NCBI RefSeq assembly: GCF_000621645.1
Contig: NZ_JHXR01000019.1
Location: 1-32,000 of the forward strand
DNA length: 32,000 bases
From: Vibrio cholerae ATCC 14035
GTDB lineage: Bacteria; Pseudomonadota; Gammaproteobacteria; Enterobacterales; Vibrionaceae
Reading direction: 5' to 3'
Below are positions 10,661 to 18,203 of this stretch, piece by piece (positions within the stretch are counted from its first letter, which is position 1; every line of letters begins with the position of its first letter). The notes beneath the pieces are model-generated. The model was not told where the DNA came from. It was given only the letters and a program-made list of their open reading frames with translations, and made no database searches. The position numbers and the translations under genes were made by a program.

Positions 10661-11941
10661 ATGAATGTTCGCGCCGCTGCTGCGTCGGCTCTTTACCAAG
10701 TGGTTGATTTAGGGCACTCACTGTCCAATGCTTTGCCTGCGGCTCAGCAGCAAATTCGCCCACGTGATCACGCCCTGCTGCAAGAGATCTGCTATGGCGT
10801 TTTGCGCCAATTGCCGCGTTTGGAATCCATCAGCCAAGCTCTGATGGGAAAACCGTTGAAAGGCAAACAACGCGTATTCCACTTCCTGATCCTCGTCGGC
10901 TTATACCAACTGAGCTTTATGCGCATTCCCGCACATGCTGCGGTAGGGGAAACCGTCGAAGGCGCGCAAGATTTGAAAGGCCCTCGTCTGCGCGGCTTGA
11001 TCAATGCGGTGCTGCGTAACTATCAGCGTGACCAAGAAGGCTTAGATGCTCAAGCCACCAGCCATGACGCAGGGCGCTACGGCCATCCGGGCTGGTTATT
11101 GAAATTGCTCAAAGAGAGCTACCCAGAGCAGTGGCAACAAATTGTTGAAGCCAACAACAGCAAAGCGCCGATGTGGCTACGCGTCAATCATCAACACCAT
11201 ACTCGTGCTGAGTATCAAGCCCTGCTCGAACAAGCTGGCATCGTCACTACGCCTCATGCGCAAGCCGAAGATGCGCTGTGCTTAGAAACGCCTTGCGATG
11301 TACACCAACTGCCGGGTTTCGCTGAAGGTTGGGTTTCAGTACAAGATGCCGCTGCGCAGTTAGCACTGACTTACCTTGCACCGCAAGCAGGAGAGCTGAT
11401 TTTAGATTGCTGCGCTGCCCCTGGTGGCAAAACTGCGCACATCTTGGAGCGCACACCAGAGAGCCAAGTCGTTGCGATTGATTGTGATGAAACTCGCCTC
11501 AAACGCGTGCGAGAAAACCTGCAGCGTTTAGAGCTCACTGCGCAAGTGATTTGTGGCGATGCGCGTTACCCGCAACAGTGGTGGCAAGGCGAACAGTTTG
11601 ATCGCATCTTGCTGGATGCACCTTGCTCGGCGACCGGCGTGATTCGCCGCCATCCCGACATCAAATGGCTGCGCCGCGCAGACGATATCGCGGCATTAGC
11701 CGAGCTACAGCGCGAAATTTTGGATGCGATGTGGCAACAACTCAAACCCGGTGGTAGTTTGGTGTACGCAACGTGCTCGATCACACCACAAGAAAACCGC
11801 CTACAGGTCAAAGCGTTCCTTGAACGCACGCCAGATGCGCGCTTAGTGGGTTCCGATCCCGCGCAGCCCGGCCGCCAAATCCTTCCCGGAGAGGAAGCGA
11901 TGGACGGTTTCTATTACGCCGTATTAAGCAAACAACACTGA
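10661..11941 (+). CDS. rsmB: 16S rRNA (cytosine967-C5)-methyltransferase
   Basis: The ORF track starts at 10637. The homologue-like N-terminus MNVRAAAA starts at 10661 (426 aa). It has an N-terminal NusB-like domain plus SAM methyltransferase motifs ([32 protein letters not shown]). Confidence 0.93.
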   Translation: MNVRAAAASALYQVVDLGHSLSNALPAAQQQIRPRDHALLQEICYGVLRQLPRLESISQALMGKPLKGKQRVFHFLILVGLYQLSFMRIPAHAAVGETVEGAQDLKGPRLRGLINAVLRNYQRDQEGLDAQATSHDAGRYGHPGWLLKLLKESYPEQWQQIVEANNSKAPMWLRVNHQHHTRAEYQALLEQAGIVTTPHAQAEDALCLETPCDVHQLPGFAEGWVSVQDAAAQLALTYLAPQAGELILDCCAAPGGKTAHILERTPESQVVAIDCDETRLKRVRENLQRLELTAQVICGDARYPQQWWQGEQFDRILLDAPCSATGVIRRHPDIKWLRRADDIAALAELQREILDAMWQQLKPGGSLVYATCSITPQENRLQVKAFLERTPDARLVGSDPAQPGRQILPGEEAMDGFYYAVLSKQH

Positions 11942-12002
11942 TTCGGTCAACCAAGGTGAGCCACAACTCACCTTGGGCGTGAGCAAACAAAGAGAACAAG
12001 TT

Positions 12003-13379
12003 ATGAAAATCATCATTCTTGGTGCAGGACAAGTCGGCGGTACGCTCGCTGAAAACTTGGTAGGCGAAAACAACGACATTACTGTGGTCGATAAAAACGC
12101 TGACCGACTGCGCGATTTACAAGATAAATATGATTTGCGTGTAGTCAATGGTCACGCCAGCCACCCTGATGTGCTGCGCGAAGCTGGCGCACAAGATGCT
12201 GACATGCTGGTCGCGGTCACCAATACCGATGAAACCAACATGGCCGCTTGTCAGGTCGCCTTTACTCTGTTTAACACGCCCAACCGGATTGCGCGTATCC
12301 GCTCTCCACAATATCTCGCTGAAAAAGAAGCGCTGTTTCAATCTGGCGCGGTCCCGGTCGATCACCTGATTGCACCGGAAGAACTGGTCACCAGCTATAT
12401 CGAGCGCTTGATCCAGTATCCGGGCGCGCTGCAAGTGGTGAGTTTCGCCGAAGAAAAAGTCAGCTTGGTGGCCGTTAAAGCGTATTACGGTGGTCCACTG
12501 GTTGGTAACGCCCTTTCTGCCCTACGCGATCACATGCCGCACATCGATACTCGCGTGGCAGCGATTTTCCGTCAGGGACGCCCAATTCGTCCGCAAGGCA
12601 CCACCATTATTGAAGCGGATGATGAAGTGTTTTTCGTCGCCGCGAGTAACCATATTCGCTCGGTGATGAGTGAGTTGCAGCGCCTTGAAAAACCGTATCG
12701 TCGGATCATGATTGTCGGCGGCGGTAACATAGGTGCCAGCCTCGCTAAACGCCTAGAGCAAACTTACAGCGTTAAGCTGATTGAACATAATTACCAACGT
12801 GCGGAACAGTTATCTGAACAGTTGGAAAATACCATCGTCTTTTGTGGAGATGCCGCGGACCAAGAGCTGCTGTCGGAAGAGAATATCGATCAGGTCGATG
12901 TGTTTATCGCCCTCACCAATGAAGATGAAACCAACATCATGTCGGCCATGCTTGCCAAACGCATGGGAGCCAAGAAAGCCATGGTGCTTATCCAACGCAG
13001 CGGCTATGTCGATTTAGTCCAAGGCGGTGTGATTGATGTAGCGATCTCCCCGCAGCAAGCGACCATTTCTGCGCTACTCACTCACGTGCGCCGCGCCGAT
13101 ATTGTCAACGTCTCTTCATTACGCCGTGGAGCGGCAGAAGCCATTGAAGCGATTGCCCATGGCGATGAATCAACCTCTAAGGTAGTAGGACGAGCGGTGG
13201 GCGATATTAAACTGCCTCCGGGCACGACAATTGGCGCTATTGTGCGGGGCGAAGAAGTGCTGATTGCCCATGACCGCACTGTCATCGAGCAAGACGATCA
13301 CGTCGTCATGTTCTTGGTCGATAAAAAATATGTGCCCGACGTGGAAACGCTATTCCAGCCGAGCCCATTCTTCTTGTAA
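12003..13379 (+). CDS. trkA: Trk potassium uptake system, NAD-binding peripheral subunit
   Basis: Start trimmed to [13 protein letters not shown] at 12003 (458 aa, the same length class as E. coli TrkA). It has two Rossmann repeats ([15 protein letters not shown]). Confidence 0.95.
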   Translation: MKIIILGAGQVGGTLAENLVGENNDITVVDKNADRLRDLQDKYDLRVVNGHASHPDVLREAGAQDADMLVAVTNTDETNMAACQVAFTLFNTPNRIARIRSPQYLAEKEALFQSGAVPVDHLIAPEELVTSYIERLIQYPGALQVVSFAEEKVSLVAVKAYYGGPLVGNALSALRDHMPHIDTRVAAIFRQGRPIRPQGTTIIEADDEVFFVAASNHIRSVMSELQRLEKPYRRIMIVGGGNIGASLAKRLEQTYSVKLIEHNYQRAEQLSEQLENTIVFCGDAADQELLSEENIDQVDVFIALTNEDETNIMSAMLAKRMGAKKAMVLIQRSGYVDLVQGGVIDVAISPQQATISALLTHVRRADIVNVSSLRRGAAEAIEAIAHGDESTSKVVGRAVGDIKLPPGTTIGAIVRGEEVLIAHDRTVIEQDDHVVMFLVDKKYVPDVETLFQPSPFFL

Positions 13380-13390
13380 AGGTTGGCGCT

Positions 13391-14836
13391 ATGCTCAACT
13401 TACGCCCAATTACGTTTATCATCGGGCTAGTGCTGTCTAAGCTAGCCCTATTCATGTACGTGCCGACTCTAGTGGCATTTTTTACTGGCAGCGGCGGTTT
13501 TCTCGATTTCGCGCAAGCCGTCATCATTACCCATCTGGTGGCGTTTCTCTGCTTAAGTATCGGTCGCACTGAACATTTTCGGCTCAACGTACGTGATATG
13601 TTCCTGATCACCAGCTTGGTATGGACGATTGCCAGCGCATTTGCTGCTCTGCCTTTTGTGTTTATTAACCACATCAGCTTTACCGATGCCTATTTTGAAA
13701 CCATGTCCGGCCTTACCACCACAGGCTCCACGGTACTCAGTGGCTTAGATGATATGCCGCCCAGTATTTTGTTGTGGCGCTCCATTTTGCAATGGTTAGG
13801 TGGCGTGGGCTTTATCGTGATGGCGGTAGCGGTGTTGCCGATGCTCAATGTTGGGGGGATGAAGCTGTTCCAAACCGAATCGTCTGATTGGTCGGATAAA
13901 AGCAGCCCGCGCGCGAAAACCGTCGCGAAAAACATTGTGGCGGTGTATCTGGTTTTGACTGGGCTCTGTTTTTTGAGCTATATCGCCACAGGTATGACGC
14001 CGTTTGAAGCGATTAATCACGCCTTTACCACGCTTTCCACCGGCGGCTACTCGACCAGTGATAGCTCGATGAACCGCTTCTCACACGGCGCGCACTGGGT
14101 TGGCACACTCTTTATGTTTCTTGGTGGCCTGCCATTTTTACTGTTTGTGCAGGCTCTGCGCAAACAGAGTGCACGAGCCCTACTCAAAGATGAGCAGGTA
14201 CGCGGCTTCTTCTGGCTCTTTATGATCTCCAGTTTGCTGGTCGCAGGTTGGTTGTGGCTCAAAAACGATTACGCGATATTGGATGCGCTGCGAGTTTCGA
14301 TGTTTAACATTGTCTCCGTCGTCACAACCACGGGCTATGGTCTGGATGATTTCACCGCGTGGGGCGCGCTCCCCTCAACCATTTTTGCCTTCCTATTGAT
14401 GGCCGGCGCTTGCTCGGGTTCTACCTCTGGCGGAATTAAGGTCTTTCGTTTCCAAATCGCGATGGCACTGCTCAAAAAGCAACTGCTGAACCTCATCCAC
14501 CCTTCTGGCATTTTTATCCAGCGCTATAACAAGCGCCCGGTCAATGAAGAGATCATCCGCTCCGTAGTCGCCTTTGGCTTGACGTTTTTCATCACTATCG
14601 TGGTACTGGCTGGCGCGTTATCGGCAATGGGATTGGATTCGGTGACCAGTATCTCTGGCGCGGTCACTGCCGTGGCTAACGTGGGTCCAGGTATGGGCAG
14701 CATCATTGGCCCAACGGGTAACTTTGCCCCTCTACCGGATGCCGCCAAATGGCTCTTGAGCTTTGGAATGTTGATGGGACGTTTAGAAATTCTGACGATT
14801 TTGGTGCTCTTTTTCCCTGCATTCTGGCGTCATTAA
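13391..14836 (+). CDS. trkH: Trk potassium uptake system, membrane subunit
   Basis: 481-aa polytopic membrane ORF with repeated selectivity-filter-like TTTGxS/TTGYG/STGGYS segments. Begins 11 nt after trkA. Confidence 0.93.
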   Translation: MLNLRPITFIIGLVLSKLALFMYVPTLVAFFTGSGGFLDFAQAVIITHLVAFLCLSIGRTEHFRLNVRDMFLITSLVWTIASAFAALPFVFINHISFTDAYFETMSGLTTTGSTVLSGLDDMPPSILLWRSILQWLGGVGFIVMAVAVLPMLNVGGMKLFQTESSDWSDKSSPRAKTVAKNIVAVYLVLTGLCFLSYIATGMTPFEAINHAFTTLSTGGYSTSDSSMNRFSHGAHWVGTLFMFLGGLPFLLFVQALRKQSARALLKDEQVRGFFWLFMISSLLVAGWLWLKNDYAILDALRVSMFNIVSVVTTTGYGLDDFTAWGALPSTIFAFLLMAGACSGSTSGGIKVFRFQIAMALLKKQLLNLIHPSGIFIQRYNKRPVNEEIIRSVVAFGLTFFITIVVLAGALSAMGLDSVTSISGAVTAVANVGPGMGSIIGPTGNFAPLPDAAKWLLSFGMLMGRLEILTILVLFFPAFWRH

Positions 14837-14847
14837 AAGGAAACATA

Positions 14848-15405
14848 ATGAAAAAACTCATATTGGTAGCCAGCATAGTGAGCTTATCCACTTGGGCAAG
14901 CGAAACCTTACAGCTCAAGGATGGCCGCTATATTCAGCTCAACGATGACTTTACTTGGCAGTATGTACCACAAGAGACTCAGCCCCAGCAGACAAGCGAG
15001 CTGGCTCCTCTCGTGCTCGCTGCACCGGTGATCGCTCAACCGACATTGAGTGGTGTGACAATCACTGTGGGTGATCATCGCCCTGTTTTGCAACTCAGTG
15101 ATTCAGGCGTCGATGTGGTACTGAGCGCTCCGCGCTATGAGCATGGCCAGCTCAAGCTGAGCAGTGCCATCACCAACCAGAGTAGTCAGTCAGTGATTGC
15201 GGTTCGTCTCGCGATTCGAGTACAGGATGCACAAGGCGTGTGGAGTGAAGAACAGGAAGTGACGATTTGGCAGTCGATCAAACGAATGGCGGAAACCTAT
15301 TTACGCCCGCGCACTTCAGTGGAAGGCAAACCACTGGAGTTAAACCTCGCAGAGCAGAGTCAGTACACACTACACGCTACCATCAAACAGATTGAAACGC
15401 GCTAA
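14848..15405 (+). CDS. uncharacterised exported protein (signal peptide, Q/P-rich linker)
   Basis: The ORF track starts at 14749, inside trkH. The ATG at 14848 is preceded by AAAGGA and gives MKKLILVASIVSLSTWA|SE, a typical Sec signal (185 aa). I recognise no catalytic motif. Confidence 0.7.
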   Translation: MKKLILVASIVSLSTWASETLQLKDGRYIQLNDDFTWQYVPQETQPQQTSELAPLVLAAPVIAQPTLSGVTITVGDHRPVLQLSDSGVDVVLSAPRYEHGQLKLSSAITNQSSQSVIAVRLAIRVQDAQGVWSEEQEVTIWQSIKRMAETYLRPRTSVEGKPLELNLAEQSQYTLHATIKQIETR

Positions 15406-15424
15406 ATGCGCGTTTCCTCTTTTA
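15394..15424 (+). terminator. intrinsic terminator after the trkH-linked ORF
   Basis: 9-bp stem GAAACGCGC / GCGCGTTTC whose loop TAAAT contains the stop codon, followed by CTCTTTTAC. Confidence 0.65.
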
Positions 15425-15443
15425 CCCATCTTATCCGTCAAAG

Positions 15444-16091
15444 CTAAATCGGCTCGACATACAGATAAATGGCTAAGAAATGGCATGCGCATCCCGCCAG
15501 CACAAAAGCGTGCCAAATGGCATGGTTGTAAGGGATCCGTTTGGCGACGTAGAAAATCACCCCGAGTGAATAGATAAGTCCACCTGCCGCCAGCAGAGTG
15601 AGCCCACCCACCTCAAGATGAATGGCAAGCTGGTAAATCACGATCAGCGAAAGCCAACCCATGGTCAGATACGTCACCAAAGAGAGCTTTTTGAAGCGGT
15701 AGACAAAAGCAATTTTCATCAGAATGCCAATAAGCGCGAGCGACCAGATCACTATCATCAAACCAACCGCCAGTGGTGTACGCAAACTGACCAGTAAAAA
15801 TGGGGTATAACTGCCCGCAATCAGTAAATAAATAGCACAGTGATCAAAGGTTTTTAGCCAACGCTTTGCACGCTGATAAGGGATAGCGTGGTACAGCGTA
15901 GAAGCCAAAAATAGCGCAATCATACTGCCGCCATAAATGCTCATGCTGGTAATAGTCAATGCATCGGCTTGCTGATCCACCGCTTTGACCAACAGCAGCA
16001 CTAAACCAACTATCCCTAAGATAAGGCCAACGCCATGACTTATCGCATTGGCCACTTCTTCTTTAAAGCCATAACTGTTCGACATACTCAC
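15444..16091 (-). CDS. yqfA: hemolysin III / PAQR-family membrane protein
   Basis: 215-aa ORF with 7 predicted TM segments. Near-collinear with E. coli YqfA ([33 protein letters not shown]). Confidence 0.92.
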   Translation of the reverse strand: MSMSNSYGFKEEVANAISHGVGLILGIVGLVLLLVKAVDQQADALTITSMSIYGGSMIALFLASTLYHAIPYQRAKRWLKTFDHCAIYLLIAGSYTPFLLVSLRTPLAVGLMIVIWSLALIGILMKIAFVYRFKKLSLVTYLTMGWLSLIVIYQLAIHLEVGGLTLLAAGGLIYSLGVIFYVAKRIPYNHAIWHAFVLAGCACHFLAIYLYVEPI

Positions 16092-16168
16092 TCAATCCGA
16101 GTCTGAAACTTGGCTTTAGTATCGCACATTGAGCTTACAGGTGTTAGCTAAAATTTCAGACCGCGTGA

Positions 16169-16960
16169 TCAGCAGCTGCGATCAAGAAACGCCAACACTT
16201 GCTCCCCGGCTTCCTGTGGTGATGTGCGCGCAGGTAAAGTGAGATGTCGCTTGAGCTCACCGCGCCCTAGCAAGCTGGCCAACATGCCGGATGCGCCTCG
16301 TTGATAACGATCGACTTCAAACCAGAGCTGTAAGGCTTCAGGATCACGATAAGCCACGATTTCAACTTCACGCCAGCGACCTTGAAATGGCCCCGTGGTA
16401 GGGACAAATTCGAACTCTTGCACAAAAGGCAGTGCGAAGCCTTTGGCTTGCTCACACTCAACCTGACGTAAACGCAAACCTTGTGCTTCCAGCGCACTAA
16501 AAATACCATCCATCATCGGCTCAGGGCGCACGGTGAGAATGTCCTTATCGGTAGGATCCAGCGCTAACGCAATATCGAGTCCAGTCTCTAACCAAACTTT
16601 GGCATCCCCTATCGTCACTGGGGTATTCCAAGGGATGCTGAGTTCGATATCAAAATTACGCGTTTCACCCGCCTCAATCGTAAAGGCGTACGGTAAAGAC
16701 CAGTTGGCTAAGGTGTAGGTATGAGGAACTCGGCGCATTGGCTGGCCTTGTTGCTGACCGCGCTCATCCGCCACTTCTGCAATATAACAGCAACAAAGTT
16801 TGAGCTCGATGTTATCAATGACTTGCGCTGTTGCACCGCCATAAACATGGATGATGACCTTAACGGATTGGCCGGGATAGAGCACTTCCTGCTGCAACAC
16901 CGAATCGACTTTCGCAGAGCCAATCCCAAAACTGGCGAGGGTTTTCTTGATAAACGACAT
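16169..16960 (-). CDS. SpoOM (sporulation-control protein Spo0M)-family protein
   Basis: The ORF track starts at 17011. The ATG at 16960 is preceded by AGGAGG and gives MSFIKKTLASFGIGSAKVDSVL..., the typical SpoOM-family N-terminus (263 aa). Confidence 0.8.
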   Translation of the reverse strand: MSFIKKTLASFGIGSAKVDSVLQQEVLYPGQSVKVIIHVYGGATAQVIDNIELKLCCCYIAEVADERGQQQGQPMRRVPHTYTLANWSLPYAFTIEAGETRNFDIELSIPWNTPVTIGDAKVWLETGLDIALALDPTDKDILTVRPEPMMDGIFSALEAQGLRLRQVECEQAKGFALPFVQEFEFVPTTGPFQGRWREVEIVAYRDPEALQLWFEVDRYQRGASGMLASLLGRGELKRHLTLPARTSPQEAGEQVLAFLDRSC

Positions 16961-17244
16961 AGACACCTCCTGTTGTGAGAATTGCATAGTAAGGGCTAAC
17001 CCTTGTCTCACTCAATCCACGCAGTTGAAAATAAATGTTACGCAAAATTGGTCAACTATCGATCATTTTAGTAACTGGTGCTACTCTATTTGCGATATGA
17101 ACGCATATCATTATTCCTGTCTCATTGTTCGGATCGGCAATCGCCAAAAGAGTGAATCTCGGTTACGTCCTGTACTCAAGAGCCACTCATAATGAGCCAG
17201 GGTGTAGCATCGGCAATGGATATGCCTGACAGTTAGGTTATGTC

Positions 17245-17412
17245 ATGCGCCCAACAACCGTCAGGTTTTCAAATACAAACCGTAGTGCAATGCGTCGCCG
17301 CAGTGGTTTTGCAGTGGCTCCCGTTGCGAAAAAAACAGCAACAGCCCCCACGCTGGTTGAAAGAAATGCGTTGACCGCATCCCCCGAAACCAAAGTGGTT
17401 CAGGCAGCTTAA
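17245..17412 (+). CDS. candidate 55-codon small ORF (hypothetical; may instead be part of a non-coding RNA)
   Basis: Below the 60-aa cutoff of the ORF track. Translates to MRPTTVRFSNTNRSAMRRRSGFAVAPVAKKTATAPTLVERNALTASPETKVVQAA. The TAA stop lies 3 nt before a strong terminator hairpin. The SD is weak (AGG 7 nt upstream) and there are two rare Arg codons (AGG, AGA). Confidence 0.3.
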   Translation: MRPTTVRFSNTNRSAMRRRSGFAVAPVAKKTATAPTLVERNALTASPETKVVQAA

Positions 17413-17415
17413 TTG

Positions 17416-17447
17416 AAAAGCGCAGTAAAACCTGCGCTTTTTTCTTG
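17416..17447 (+). terminator. intrinsic terminator (A-tract / hairpin / T-tract)
   Basis: 10-bp stem AAAAGCGCAG / CTGCGCTTTT with loop TAAAAC, followed by TTTTTTC. It sits 74 nt upstream of yihD and ends a plus-strand transcript coming from the spoOM-yihD spacer. Confidence 0.8.
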
Positions 17448-17520
17448 CCCGCGAATTGGTATTGCTCAGCGCTTTTGGTACCTTTAGCCACAAATCACTA
17501 TAAAAATTGTGGAGAAAGTC

Positions 17521-17787
17521 ATGAAATGTCATCGCGTAGAAGAACTACTGCAACTGCTTGAGCCTGAATGGCACAAAGATTCCGAGCTCAACTTGATTCA
17601 ATTCTTACTTAAACTGGCTCAAGAAGCAGGTTACCAAGGTGCTCTCGAAGATCTGACCGATGATGTACTGATTTACCATCTCAAGATGCGTAACAGCGCA
17701 AAAGATGCGGTGATCCCAGGACTTAAAAAAGATTATGAAGATGATTTCAAAACCGCCATTTTACGTGCACGAGGCATCATCAAATAA
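17521..17787 (+). CDS. yihD: DUF1040-family protein YihD
   Basis: Start trimmed to [10 protein letters not shown] at 17521 (88 aa), preceded by GGAGAA. Position upstream of srkA/dsbA matches the enterobacterial yihD-srkA-dsbA cluster. Confidence 0.85.
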   Translation: MKCHRVEELLQLLEPEWHKDSELNLIQFLLKLAQEAGYQGALEDLTDDVLIYHLKMRNSAKDAVIPGLKKDYEDDFKTAILRARGIIK

Positions 17788-17812
17788 TTCTGCTGACAAA
17801 TAATTCTGCTGA
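17781..17812 (+). repeat. perfect 2 x 16-bp tandem duplication (CAAATAATTCTGCTGA)
   Basis: 17781-17796 and 17797-17812 are identical and directly abutting. The first copy contains the yihD stop codon, and the second copy abuts the ERIC element. Confidence 0.95.
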
Positions 17813-17940
17813 TATACCCAAACAACTTGGAGTTGCAGGTAGGCGGCAAGTAAGTGAATCCCCATGAGCATAGGCAAACTATGTGATTGGGGTGAACGAG
17901 CGTAGCAAACACCGCTGCAGCTTCAAGTAGGAAAGGTATA
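17813..17940. repeat. ERIC / IRU (enterobacterial repetitive intergenic consensus) element, about 128 bp
   Basis: Contains AAGTAAGTGAATCCCCATGAGCATAG...ATGTGATTGGGGTGAACGAGCG...GCTGCAGCTTCAAGTAGGAAAGGTATA, matching the ERIC consensus and the ERIC1R/ERIC2 primer regions. The outer arms TATACCC..ACTTGGAGTTGCAG / CTGCAGCTTCAAGT..GGTATA form the imperfect palindrome. Confidence 0.85.
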
Positions 17941-17975
17941 ACGTTCGGCAGCCCAGATCCAACCCCAAAATGAGC

Positions 17976-17999
17976 AAGCGGCGAAAGCCGCTTTTTTTA
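17976..17999 (+). terminator. intrinsic terminator downstream of yihD and ERIC
   Basis: Stem AGCGGC / GCCGCT with GAAA tetraloop, followed by TTTTTTT. Confidence 0.8.
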
Positions 18000-18203
18000 T
18001 CAAGTCGTTAATAGGGTGAAGAATTGTAAGGAAATTTGTTGTTAAAGGTTGATTGCCTTAAAGAAATGAACGTTTGATTGACGCTATACTTACGGCCTAA
18101 AAAACCATCAGTCCCCTCTTACATCAGCCTTTAAGAGGGAATGAGCAATGTATTTGAGTGTGAACAAAAGAAATCACACCGAATGCCTGAAAAGGATAGT
18201 GTC

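Noticed and set aside
17086-17116. Partial Fur-box-like sequence (ATCATTATT) and the GATATG-N4-CATATC palindrome in the spoOM-yihD spacer
   Set aside because: Only about half of the 19-bp Fur consensus is matched, and the palindrome arms are short. This is not enough to call a regulator site.
17261-17532. Minus-strand ORFs of 76 and 87 aa in the spoOM-yihD spacer
   Set aside because: Both read straight through the strong terminator hairpin at 17416-17441, and the longer one starts inside yihD. There is no SD, and the sequences are odd (Cys/Phe-rich).
17781-17812. The 16-bp tandem repeat read as a target-site duplication of the ERIC element
   Set aside because: A true TSD would flank both ends of the element. 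Both copies here are on the left side, and no copy occurs after 17940. It is kept only as a tandem duplication (see findings).
18158-18179. GTGTGA-N10-TCACAC inverted repeat upstream of the ccoG-like start, resembling CRP half-sites
   Set aside because: The spacer is 10 bp, not the 6 bp of a CRP site. With 6-bp arms it is within chance expectation. At most it is a small 5'-UTR hairpin.
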